From positions 1 to 31,599 of the forward strand of contig CAZEUI010000004.1 of NCBI GenBank assembly GCA_964515625.1: a DNA stretch of 31,599 nucleotides, in the 5' to 3' direction. The stretch is from an uncultured Candidatus Saccharibacteria bacterium. GTDB taxonomy: Bacteria > Patescibacteriota > Minisyncoccia > Phycocordibacterales > UBA918. Shown here one piece after another: positions 9,694 through 18,023 of the stretch. The first letter of the stretch is position 1. Every line of letters begins with the position of its first letter. The translations under genes were made by a program, and so were the position numbers. The notes under the pieces were generated by a model, which was given only the letters and a program-made list of their open reading frames with translations, had not been told where the DNA came from and searched no databases.

Positions 9694-9869
9694 AGTCCGG
9701 TACCAGTGTTGGTATACGGATGGAGAACTTCAACTCCAAATTACACTATGCACGGAAGTATTGTCTGAACTGGCGGCGAGTCCATAACTGAAGGCGTATT
9801 CAACAAAATTCTCAAAAAACTGATGATGACTCTAATGAGTCTTGTTATCAAATATCAAATAATAAAGTA

Positions 9870-10889
9870 ATTGTTCCTAGCCACATAAAAGTTGTTGGTG
9901 AATTAATTTTCATATTTCTAGTTATTGTTGTACCTGTCTCTGTGCAGGCAGGTTTCTTTAGTAGTTTCTTTAGTAGTGATGAAACCTTATCGGAAACGGT
10001 TGAGCACTCTTTAAATGTGTTGGCTGTTGACATACCATTACTGACTGCTTTGCAGAATCCTAATCCTCTTGGTGCTAGAGGTGGAGCTGAGGTTGTTGTC
10101 GATGAGGATGTTCTTGTTGCGACAGGTCCTGTAGGTGCTGATGTTATTGCTGAGCAAAAAAGTAACGACGGGGAGATTAGGGTCTATACAGTGCGGGATA
10201 ATGATTCTTTGTCAGAAATAGCAGACATGTTTGGGGTGACTACTAATACTATTATGTGGGCAAACGACCTGACTAAAGCAACAGGGATACATCCTGGAGA
10301 CACGCTAGTTATCCTACCTGTTGTTGGTGTAAGGTATTCTGTGAAGAATGGCGACACTATTGGTTCAATTGCTAAAAAATATGAAGGTGATGTTGAAGAA
10401 ATACTTGCCTATAACCAACTTATTTCTGCTAAAGATTTGTCAATTGGTGACATTCTTATTATTCCTGGCGGGGCAATGCATGCTGCTCCGGTAAGAGTTG
10501 CTGCACAAGCTCAGCCTGTGCGTGTGTCAGGAACCTCGATTGCTTCTGTTGGGTTTTCACACCCAGCTCCTGGTTCTGTTAGGACTCAAGGTATTCATGG
10601 TTATAATGCTGTAGATTTAGCTAACAGTATGGGTACTCCTATTAAAGCAGCTGCCTCTGGTGAAGTTATTGTATCTAAAGATTCTGGTTGGAATGGTGGT
10701 TACGGTCAATATATCGTGATAAAACACGCTGACGGTACTCAAACATTGTACTCCCATCTTTCTAGTAATTCAGTTGGGGTTGGTGCTTATGTTTCCCAAG
10801 GTCAGGTTATAGGAGGAATGGGAAGTACTGGCAAATCTACTGGATCACATCTGCACTTTGAAGTGCGTGGTACTAATAATCCGTTTTAA
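9870..10889 (+). CDS. LysM-LysM-M23 metallopeptidase (peptidoglycan hydrolase); start codon uncertain
   Basis: Two LysM repeats (YTVRDNDSLSEIADMFGV; YSVKNGDTIGSIAKKY) and an M23 domain (HGYNAVD, GGYGQYIVIKH, TLYSHL, GSTGKSTGSHLHFEV). The in-frame signal peptide IKVVGELIFIFLVIVVPVSVQA lies upstream of the GTG called at 9942, so the true start is further upstream. Confidence 0.88.
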   Translation: MVPSHIKVVGELIFIFLVIVVPVSVQAGFFSSFFSSDETLSETVEHSLNVLAVDIPLLTALQNPNPLGARGGAEVVVDEDVLVATGPVGADVIAEQKSNDGEIRVYTVRDNDSLSEIADMFGVTTNTIMWANDLTKATGIHPGDTLVILPVVGVRYSVKNGDTIGSIAKKYEGDVEEILAYNQLISAKDLSIGDILIIPGGAMHAAPVRVAAQAQPVRVSGTSIASVGFSHPAPGSVRTQGIHGYNAVDLANSMGTPIKAAASGEVIVSKDSGWNGGYGQYIVIKHADGTQTLYSHLSSNSVGVGAYVSQGQVIGGMGSTGKSTGSHLHFEVRGTNNPF

Positions 10890-10898
10890 TACTTTAGT

Positions 10899-10939
10899 TA
10901 TAAAAAGAACTAAACCAGTAAGGTTCAGTTTTTTTTATA
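10899..10939. terminator. Imperfect bidirectional hairpin between the convergent M23 and comM genes
   Basis: TATAAAAAGAACT..AACC-AGTAA-GGTT..AGTTTTTTTTATA, with A and T tracts on the two sides. Confidence 0.5.
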
Positions 10940-12464
10940 AAGGTACTCTATATTGCAAAGCTTCAAGTATGTGACCTGTTTCAATATCACTACTATTGTC
11001 TAAGTCTGCAATAGTTCTAGCAACTTTAATCAGTCTATGGTAACTGCGGGGAGAAAGATTTAAGTTAGCGCTGGATACTTTAAGTATACCTTTCACTTCT
11101 GGAGAGAGTGAGATAATCTTTTCAATATCGCGAGCAGACATCCCTGAGTTTGTGTTGGTTTTAGTTTTAGAAAACCGTTTCAATTGCCGAGCTCTCGTGT
11201 TTGAAATTTTCTCACGTGCATCACTAGTCTCTTCATTTTTACTTGGTAGAGAGGTTAATGTTTCGTACGGGACATGGGGAACTTCTAGCCAGAGGTCAAT
11301 CCTGTCCAGCATTGGTCCAGACACTTTGTTTTTATATGTCTCTTGCATGGCTCTAAGTAAATCAGTAGTGCCATCCTCACTTCCTCTGTAGGGATTCAGA
11401 GCTGCTATTAAGATAAAATCAGCCGGGAATTCTGCTGTACCTTGTATTCGGGAGATAGAAACCATTCGGTCTTCTAGGGGCTGACGAAGAGCATCTAGCG
11501 ACCGTCTTTCAAATTCTGGAAACTCATCCATGAAAAGAACTCCATTATGAGCCAGAGTGATTTCTCCAGGTTTTGGGCGCGCCCCTCCTCCGACTAAAGA
11601 GGTATGTGAGGCTGTGTGGTGCGGGCTTCGGAAAGGTGGTCGTGTAGTGATTGTGAAATCATTGCTGGACAATGAGTAAATAGCCGTTACTTCCAAAGCT
11701 TCTTTTCTTGTGAGTGGAGGTAGTAAGGATCGTAAGGCGCGCGCAAGCATTGTTTTTCCTGTTCCAGGAGGTCCTACCAACATCACGTTATGTCTACCGG
11801 CTGCTGCAATAATAAGCCCCCTTTTAGCACTCTCTTGTCCCTTAATGTCTTCAAGTTTTATGTCACTTTCGTACCAGTCGTCAGTAATGATTGTTGGGGT
11901 TTGAATGGGTAGTTTGAAGATGCTTTCTGTTTCAGAGTCAGATTTTTTAATATTTATATGAGAAATTACATCAACCAAGTTTGAAGCAGGGTGGATGATT
12001 ATGTTGTCAATCAGAGCTGCTTCTCTAGCATTTTCTACAGGTATGATTATTTCGGAAAAACCAGCTTGCTGTGCCGTCATTACAGAATTTAAGATACCTT
12101 TCACAGGTCGTAATGTTCCATCTAAGCTAAGTTCCCCAATATAGATTCTCTGTGTATCGTCTATCTCTATCTCTTTAGCTGCTACTAGGTAAGCGATGGC
12201 AATAGGTAAATCAAATAGAGGGCCTTCTTTTTTTAGGTCTGCGGGAGAAAGTGAGATAACAATCTTATTATTTTTTGTTTTAGGTGAATCATATCCAGAA
12301 TGTTTAATAGCACTACCTACTCGATCTTTAGATTCATCAACAGCTTTACTTGCAAGTCCTACTACAGAAAAAGCGTGCAAGCCACGCGATATATCTGCTT
12401 CAATTGTTATCACTGTGCCAGAAAGGATATCTGGTTGAATGGTGTTTATTTTTGCTACAGACAT
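10935..12464 (-). CDS. comM: YifB/ComM Mg-chelatase-like AAA+ ATPase
   Basis: FSVVGLASKAVDESKDRV, GPPGTGKT, PFRSPHHTAS, GEITLAHNGVLFMDEFPEF, LRQPLED, GPMLDRIDL, LSPRSYHRLIKVARTIADL. Confidence 0.95.
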   Translation of the reverse strand: MSVAKINTIQPDILSGTVITIEADISRGLHAFSVVGLASKAVDESKDRVGSAIKHSGYDSPKTKNNKIVISLSPADLKKEGPLFDLPIAIAYLVAAKEIEIDDTQRIYIGELSLDGTLRPVKGILNSVMTAQQAGFSEIIIPVENAREAALIDNIIIHPASNLVDVISHINIKKSDSETESIFKLPIQTPTIITDDWYESDIKLEDIKGQESAKRGLIIAAAGRHNVMLVGPPGTGKTMLARALRSLLPPLTRKEALEVTAIYSLSSNDFTITTRPPFRSPHHTASHTSLVGGGARPKPGEITLAHNGVLFMDEFPEFERRSLDALRQPLEDRMVSISRIQGTAEFPADFILIAALNPYRGSEDGTTDLLRAMQETYKNKVSGPMLDRIDLWLEVPHVPYETLTSLPSKNEETSDAREKISNTRARQLKRFSKTKTNTNSGMSARDIEKIISLSPEVKGILKVSSANLNLSPRSYHRLIKVARTIADLDNSSDIETGHILEALQYRVPL

Positions 12465-12519
12465 AGGAAGTTATCTTCTTGTATTAAATATGGTTACTTA
12501 ATTGCTTAGTAAACATGTT

Positions 12520-14265
12520 TTAATTAGATTTCAGCAGGTCTAAAATTTCTTTAAAATCGTTTAAATTATTAGAAATAATAGCTGTATTATCTATGATTCC
12601 ATAAACTAGAACCACCTCGTTATTATTGTTTCTGACTACCCTAGAGTCGATACCTTTAGTGGTTCTGTCTGTGAAAACTGGTATTTTTATATCTAAGTTT
12701 GGATACAAAATACTCAAGTCATTTATCATAGAAGTTTCCCAAATAAAGAAACTACCCTGTATTGACTCAAAGTCTGTGAATTTTAAAAGGATGCTTGGGA
12801 GACCGTCATTAATAGCTATAAATCTGACTGAAGTTAATGACTGCTCTAAGATTGGTGAAGTGCTGAGTCTCAGAAGATTGAATATATAAGCAGGTGAAAT
12901 CTCGGTTTTATCAGGAGAGATTAAAACAATTTCCCTTACCCCGCCCTGACCATTTGTTGACAAATCTTTTATTAGGTCAGGTAATTTATCAATGTTACTC
13001 GTAGTTAGGTTGAGTGGTGATAGTGAGGCTTTTTTTAAGATTAAGTCAATGCTTATTTCATTTACTTGTGTTGTGTTTTCAGATAAATTCTTCATAACAA
13101 TCATTGTAATGAAAATTATCACAATAAGGGCGATAATTATTATTAGAATATTAAGAGTTGTTTGATTAGTTTTTATCTTTCTACTTTCAGTCTTTTTTTC
13201 TACATTAAGAATAATATTCTGCTCTGCTACCGTGCTGTTATCAGGTGTTGCAGGATAGTTTTTAGTATCGGATCTTTCTACTATGTAGTCAGAATTCCAT
13301 CTACTTTCGTCTAGGTCAGAGTATTCTTTTGTGATTTCTTCGCCTCGAATCTCTTGTTCGACTGTAGTTTCAAGCGTTTCCTCTAAAGGGGGTTTAGGAA
13401 TAACCTCCTTTATTTCTTGTGGTGGAAGAACTTCTACTGGTTCAATTTGGGTTTCGATAAGATTCGTTGGTGGTATTTCTTTTTTGACAGGAGCAGACTG
13501 TTTTTTGTATTCAGTCTTTACATCTAGGGTTGAGTCAGAAGTTTCTAATAGTTTGAAGCTTGGCTCAGTATAAGGTGACCATGATATTTCCGGGTCATTA
13601 ATTGTTATTTCAGCTTCGTCTCCTTTTCTATTTTTGATTCTGTCCTTCAAAGTCTTGCTTGAAGTTGTGAACATTACTCCGCTTTGTGAAGTGGCTTTTT
13701 GGATGACACCCTTTCTTCGTTTCGTTTCAGGGATTTCGAATTTTGGAACACTCTTTCTCTTCCTGTCGCGTTTAAGTTTATTGAACCACTCCTTAATAGA
13801 TTTAATAATAGAAGGGACTACTTCAAAGCTGTCACTTTTAGTGTCAGTAATAATGGTGGCATCATAACCGATATTTAGTTTTTTCTGTTTCGGTAAGATT
13901 GTAATCTTATTCGTATTATCGTCTTTTGTTGCCAGTTTGTCTTTATGACTAGCCTCTACTTTTTTTTGAAGTTCATGAAAAGAAGGGGTGTTTTGAGAGC
14001 CTGACTCCTTCTTTGTGGGTTTAATTATGACTGGTTTAGGTATTTCTGGCCGGTCGGATTTTTTAGGAGCTGTAATATGAGATACTTTTATAACTTTTTC
14101 TTTTCTCTCTTTTTTTACCTTAGTAGCGGTGTGTTTTTTTACAGGTTCAGAAACAGCGCTTTTAAGGTCTTCATGTTTACCTTGCTTACGCCTCTTTCGT
14201 TCAGTTAATAGGTCACGAGCATAGGTGTGAATTGCTGTTGGCTGTTGTCTAGTCTGTCTGCTCAT
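12520..14265 (-). CDS. Single-pass membrane hypothetical protein (581 aa)
   Basis: K/R-rich N-terminus, E/P/T-rich linker, one TM (ILIIIIALIVIIFITMIVM) and a folded-looking C-terminal domain of about 185 aa. Confidence 0.8.
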   Translation of the reverse strand: MSRQTRQQPTAIHTYARDLLTERKRRKQGKHEDLKSAVSEPVKKHTATKVKKERKEKVIKVSHITAPKKSDRPEIPKPVIIKPTKKESGSQNTPSFHELQKKVEASHKDKLATKDDNTNKITILPKQKKLNIGYDATIITDTKSDSFEVVPSIIKSIKEWFNKLKRDRKRKSVPKFEIPETKRRKGVIQKATSQSGVMFTTSSKTLKDRIKNRKGDEAEITINDPEISWSPYTEPSFKLLETSDSTLDVKTEYKKQSAPVKKEIPPTNLIETQIEPVEVLPPQEIKEVIPKPPLEETLETTVEQEIRGEEITKEYSDLDESRWNSDYIVERSDTKNYPATPDNSTVAEQNIILNVEKKTESRKIKTNQTTLNILIIIIALIVIIFITMIVMKNLSENTTQVNEISIDLILKKASLSPLNLTTSNIDKLPDLIKDLSTNGQGGVREIVLISPDKTEISPAYIFNLLRLSTSPILEQSLTSVRFIAINDGLPSILLKFTDFESIQGSFFIWETSMINDLSILYPNLDIKIPVFTDRTTKGIDSRVVRNNNNEVVLVYGIIDNTAIISNNLNDFKEILDLLKSN

Positions 14266-14328
14266 TTATATGTATAGTATCGCACGATTATTGGGATTTG
14301 TTAGGGGTCTTTTCATTTTTATGGGGGT

Positions 14329-15530
14329 TCATATTTTATCACAGGTAGTCAACCTCCCTCTCCCCTTTTTTCTATTTTTAGCAAAATCACGACCAATTTG
14401 CTCTTCATTAATTTTGTCTAGTTTTGAAAAAGCCCCATAAGTAGTCAGTCTACTAATGATGACATTTATCAGGTCTCAAACTTCATAAACTTTTGTTAAT
14501 AAATGGATAGTTTCAGCAACGTCTGATGGTGCTCCATCCTTTTTCGTGATAAAAACACCAACTCCTTCTTTAATAGTAATCGCTCCTGCTTCAGAATCAT
14601 CCTTAATTTTGTTTATCATTTTCCCTCCACCCTTACGTCCAGCTGAATAGCTGTGACTCCTTCTGTCATTCCTACTACCTTAAGGTCCCCGTCGCCTAAC
14701 TTATCTTCAGAACCTTGAATTTGGTACTCCTCCATCCATCAAAGGTGATGGTTGATGTGTATACATAACCTATTGAGCTTGACGTTACTTAAAAGCGTTT
14801 CGGATACTAATCGAATTGTGTATGGAAAGACATCTCGACTTGGTATTATTGGCATGAGAGCTTTTTCTGCTAATGCACCATGCTCGATCATTCATCGATT
14901 AAAACCTCCAACACGACCAGTTTTCCCACTGAGTATGGTGGAAAATTATAGTGATGAATAAAATCTTTTCTCTCATTCTTAGATTCTATTGTGTCAATCA
15001 GTTGAGACGACCCCGGACCTCTAAGTGTTAATGTTAAAAAAATATGTGTATCATCTCGGTAGAAAATTCCAGACCTATGTAGGGCAGGTGAAATATTTCC
15101 TGCTTGTAAAAAAAGATTTCTAACTTCATGCACCCCTCGCCCATCAGCACGTCGCCCTCTCCTTAAGTGCTCCCCGATGCAACTCCTTGTCAATTTCATT
15201 TTTAAAAAAGTCGATGATGACTACTTGAATATCATGTCTGATATTTTAAAAAAGGTTTAATTGTTCGAGCAGTCATTTTCGCGGACAGGCTTGCCCTTCC
15301 TTCGTAAAAATCTGCTTTCGAGTATTTCGCCTACTGCATAAACTTCTCTTCAAGCTCGACGGATAATGGGAGGTGGTTAATATTAGATTTTCCCGATTGC
15401 TCATAACAACAATTACAAAATAGTAGTGTCTTCACATTTGAGTAAAACCGAACTGGTGGCTTCTGATGTTAATGTGGTAAATATATCGTTATTCTCCAAA
15501 ATGATAATGTTAGATTGTTTGTGAATTCGT
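14329..15530 (-). pseudogene. pnp: Polynucleotide phosphorylase (PNPase) pseudogene, heavily eroded
   Basis: Colinear fragments in shifting frames: LTSEATSSVLLKCEDTTIFVIVVMS; PLSVELEEKF/YAVGEILESRFLRRKGKP; RADGRG..EVR; HHYNFPPYSVG; [12 protein letters not shown]....[10 protein letters not shown]; MDGGVP; [23 protein letters not shown]; GGGKMINKI (KH); S1-like RLTTYGAF. About 1.2 kb against roughly 2.1 kb for an intact gene. The 5' boundary is approximate. Confidence 0.92.
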
Positions 15531-15540
15531 TAATATTTAC

Positions 15541-15581
15541 TTTTGTAAAAAGCACAGCTCAAGGCTGTACTTTTTACAAAA
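15541..15581. terminator. Hairpin between NYN and pnp
   Basis: TTTTGTAAAAAG-C-ACAGC-TCAAG-GCTGT-A-CTTTTTACAAAA: 12+5 bp stem with one G-U pair on the minus strand. Confidence 0.6.
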
Positions 15582-15588
15582 AACTTTT

Positions 15589-16200
15589 TTACAAAAGATC
15601 ATCAGTGTCAGTTCCTACAACTTTTTTCAAAATTGTTTTTTTAGTTTTTGAACGAGACGGTTTCATCTTTCTTGCTCCTGATTTTCTTGCTTGACGAAAT
15701 CCGAGTAAGAATTTTTTAGGGTCGTCATCCATATCTATAAAATCATCTAGTACTGCTCTAAGTCCAGATGAAGAAGAACGTCCAAAAGTGATAGCTTCAA
15801 CTTGGCAGCCTAAACTTTTAAGATGTTCGACTAGTGGAATAAAATCACCATCCCCGGTTGCTAGTACAATTGCGTCAACTTTAGGTGCAACCTTAATTGC
15901 ATCTACTGCCATACCTACATCCCAGTCAGCTTTTTTTGCTCCTCCATAAAAAATTTGTAAATCTTTAGTTTTGATTTCAATACCAACTTTTTCAAGTGCT
16001 TCAAAAAATGCGGACTCTTCTCCACTTTCTGTGTTCACTACATATGAAACTGCGCGAATAAGTTTTCTTCCTTGAACAGCAGTTTCTAGAACTGCACCAA
16101 AGTTTACTTTTGATTTGTATAAATTCTTAGCACTGTGATATAAGTTTTGTGTGTCGATAATGACAGCTACTCTTTGTTCGGGGTGTCTTGTTACTCCCAT
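15589..16200 (-). CDS. NYN domain (LabA/DUF88, PIN-like) putative ribonuclease
   Basis: VIIDTQNLY, KKADWDVGMAVD, LATGDGDFIPLV; basic C-terminal tail. Confidence 0.92.
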   Translation of the reverse strand: MGVTRHPEQRVAVIIDTQNLYHSAKNLYKSKVNFGAVLETAVQGRKLIRAVSYVVNTESGEESAFFEALEKVGIEIKTKDLQIFYGGAKKADWDVGMAVDAIKVAPKVDAIVLATGDGDFIPLVEHLKSLGCQVEAITFGRSSSSGLRAVLDDFIDMDDDPKKFLLGFRQARKSGARKMKPSRSKTKKTILKKVVGTDTDDLL

Positions 16201-16314
16201 AAATTATTAAATTAAATATTAAAAAGTTTTTACTATTTGTAAAACATGTCTACACAAACCACCTTTCAGAATCTTACTCATTATAAATGAAAAGATGATT
16301 GTGGCAACTATAGC

Positions 16315-16359
16315 GTGAAACAAACAATCGCTCCAGTGTGGAGCGATTGTTTGTTTCAC
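16315..16359. terminator. Perfect 21-bp inverted repeat downstream of rpsO
   Basis: GTGAAACAAACAATCGCTCCA-GTG-TGGAGCGATTGTTTGTTTCAC. Confidence 0.75.
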
Positions 16360-16372
16360 ATTAAAGTTGACC

Positions 16373-16639
16373 TTATCGTTTTAGTCCCAGCTTTTTGATG
16401 AGAGATTCGTAAGTATTAAAATCTTTTCTTGTAAGATATTTCAAGTGCTTTCGACGATCAGCTACCATTTGAAGTAGTCCTCGTCGTGAGTGAAAATCTT
16501 TCTTGTGCTTTCGCAAATGATTAGATAATTCCTCTATTTTACGGGTCAAGAGAGCAACTTGTGCTTCTGGTGATCCAGTGTCTGACTCATGACGACGAAC
16601 GTCTTTAAGTGTGTTTTCTTTAATTCGCTTTGTTAGCAT
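16373..16639 (-). CDS. rpsO: 30S ribosomal protein S15
   Basis: [43 protein letters not shown]; 88 aa. Confidence 0.98.
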   Translation of the reverse strand: MLTKRIKENTLKDVRRHESDTGSPEAQVALLTRKIEELSNHLRKHKKDFHSRRGLLQMVADRRKHLKYLTRKDFNTYESLIKKLGLKR

Positions 16640-16803
16640 AGATTTTTATATGTTACGCAACTGGTCGTATGTATCCACTTTTGCGGTACCACCTAAGTGC
16701 GGTAAGTAAATAACCTGTGAAGGTTTCACGTATAGTAGCATAGAATATTTAAAAATCAACCCCTATGGTAAAATGTTTTACATCTCCGTGTAACAGATTT
16801 TAT

Positions 16804-16812
16804 TGCTATAAT
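16804..16812 (+). promoter_or_regulatory. Extended -10 promoter (TGcTATAAT) of the Xer recombinase
   Basis: Consensus TGnTATAAT ending 9 nt before ATG 16822. Confidence 0.55.
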
Positions 16813-16821
16813 GTAACCATT

Positions 16822-17733
16822 ATGAAGCTCGTAGAACTGAAAAGACAATTTCTAGAGTACTTAGAAATAGAAAGAGGAAGAAGTGTAAAGACTGTTGAGA
16901 ACTATGATCGGTATCTTACTCGCTTCTTCATATTTTCTGATACGCAAAAACCTAGTGACCTCACTGAGGAACATGTGACAAAATTTCGCTTGTACCTAAA
17001 TCGACAACCTGGAACAAAAGTTGGTGGGCATATTGAGACTATGAAACGGCGGACTCAAAATTATTATTTGATTGCAATCAGAGCTTTTCTAAAATTTTTA
17101 CGCAAACGTAAGATTAGTGCAATCTCCCCAGAGCTAATTGAGTTGGCAAAAGTTCCTGAAAGGTCAATTGATTTAATTTCCTCTAAAGAACTCGAAAGAT
17201 TAATGGATGCGCCAGACCAAAAAACGTTAGAAGGAAAAAGAGATAGAGCAATTTTAGAATTATTTTTTTCTACAGGATTACGGATATCTGAACTTTGTGG
17301 ATTGTCGATTGATGATGTTGATTTAACTACGGATGAGTTTTCCGTACGTGGAAAAGGTGAAAAAGTTCGAGTAGTTTTTTTATCAGAATCAGCAAAGTAT
17401 GCAATTAAAATTTATTTAAAATTTCGAAAAGATATGGACGATGCACTTTTTGTTCGTTATGGAAGAAAAGTAAATGATGGAGGCGATCTCCGCATCTCCC
17501 CTCGTGCAATACAAAGGCTTCTAAAAAAATACGCAATTGAAGCTGGCATCACAAGAAAAGTAACACCCCATATTATCCGACACAGCTTTGCTACTGACTT
17601 ACTTTCTAACGGTGCCGATTTGCGTTCAGTGCAAGCTTTGCTCGGTCACGCTAACATAGCCACAACTCAAATTTATACTCATGTAACAGACAAGCACTTA
17701 AGAGAGGTTCATAAAAAATTTCACTCTGACTAA
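16822..17733 (+). CDS. xerC: XerC/XerD-family tyrosine recombinase
   Basis: SVKTVENYDRYL, RDRAILELFFSTGLRISEL, GKGEKVR, TPHIIRHSFATDLL, LGHANIATTQIYTH: full R-K-H-R-H-Y set. ATG 16822 is preferred over 16765. XerC and XerD cannot be told apart by eye. Confidence 0.92.
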   Translation: MKLVELKRQFLEYLEIERGRSVKTVENYDRYLTRFFIFSDTQKPSDLTEEHVTKFRLYLNRQPGTKVGGHIETMKRRTQNYYLIAIRAFLKFLRKRKISAISPELIELAKVPERSIDLISSKELERLMDAPDQKTLEGKRDRAILELFFSTGLRISELCGLSIDDVDLTTDEFSVRGKGEKVRVVFLSESAKYAIKIYLKFRKDMDDALFVRYGRKVNDGGDLRISPRAIQRLLKKYAIEAGITRKVTPHIIRHSFATDLLSNGADLRSVQALLGHANIATTQIYTHVTDKHLREVHKKFHSD

Positions 17734-17966
17734 TTTATAAATATTGAAAGTCAGTAATAATTTTCTTTCATGATGGTTACGTAACTAGTTTTGCATACTG
17801 TTAAAATTACTTTGTAAATAATTTTCTCTCATATTTAAGCAGTGAGTTTTTGTTCATTAGTAACTCATTTTACATAGGATCATCCGCGATCATTCTAAAT
17901 AAATTAACTGGTGGATCGTCTTCATTAAAGTGTGTAGAATCATGTGTTAGGTTTTTAGATTTCAAA

Positions 17967-17991
17967 AAAACCACCTTTTTCAGGTGGTTTT
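17967..17991. terminator. Hairpin downstream of the DUF4349-like gene
   Basis: AAAACCACCT-TTTTC-AGGTGGTTTT. Confidence 0.65.
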
Positions 17992-18023
17992 GAAATTATT
18001 TAGTTATAGAATTATCTATCTAA

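Noticed and set aside
9696-9835. Assignment of the leader to the c-di-AMP or fluoride riboswitch classes
   Set aside because: Only short word matches; the conserved cores and pseudoknot pairings could not be built. Kept as an unassigned candidate.
9047-14894. In-frame TGA codons in the GNAT and pnp remnants as a sign of UGA=Gly recoding (code 25); almost all intact genes end in TAA
   Set aside because: All long genes are open under code 11 with no internal TGA. The same remnants also contain TAG and frameshifts, and mod ends in TGA 1 nt before the res ATG.
14752-14961. Plus-strand 69-aa ORF
   Set aside because: It is the antisense of the pnp PH2 fragment.
16822-17733. Tyrosine recombinase as the integrase of a mobile element
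   Set aside because: It resembles housekeeping XerC/D, sits divergently from rpsO, and has no att-like repeats or cargo genes beside it.
17740-17960. Possible degraded gene on the minus strand after xerC (…FNEDDPPVNLFRMIADDP…)
   Set aside because: Multiple stops and no recognisable family; cannot be supported.
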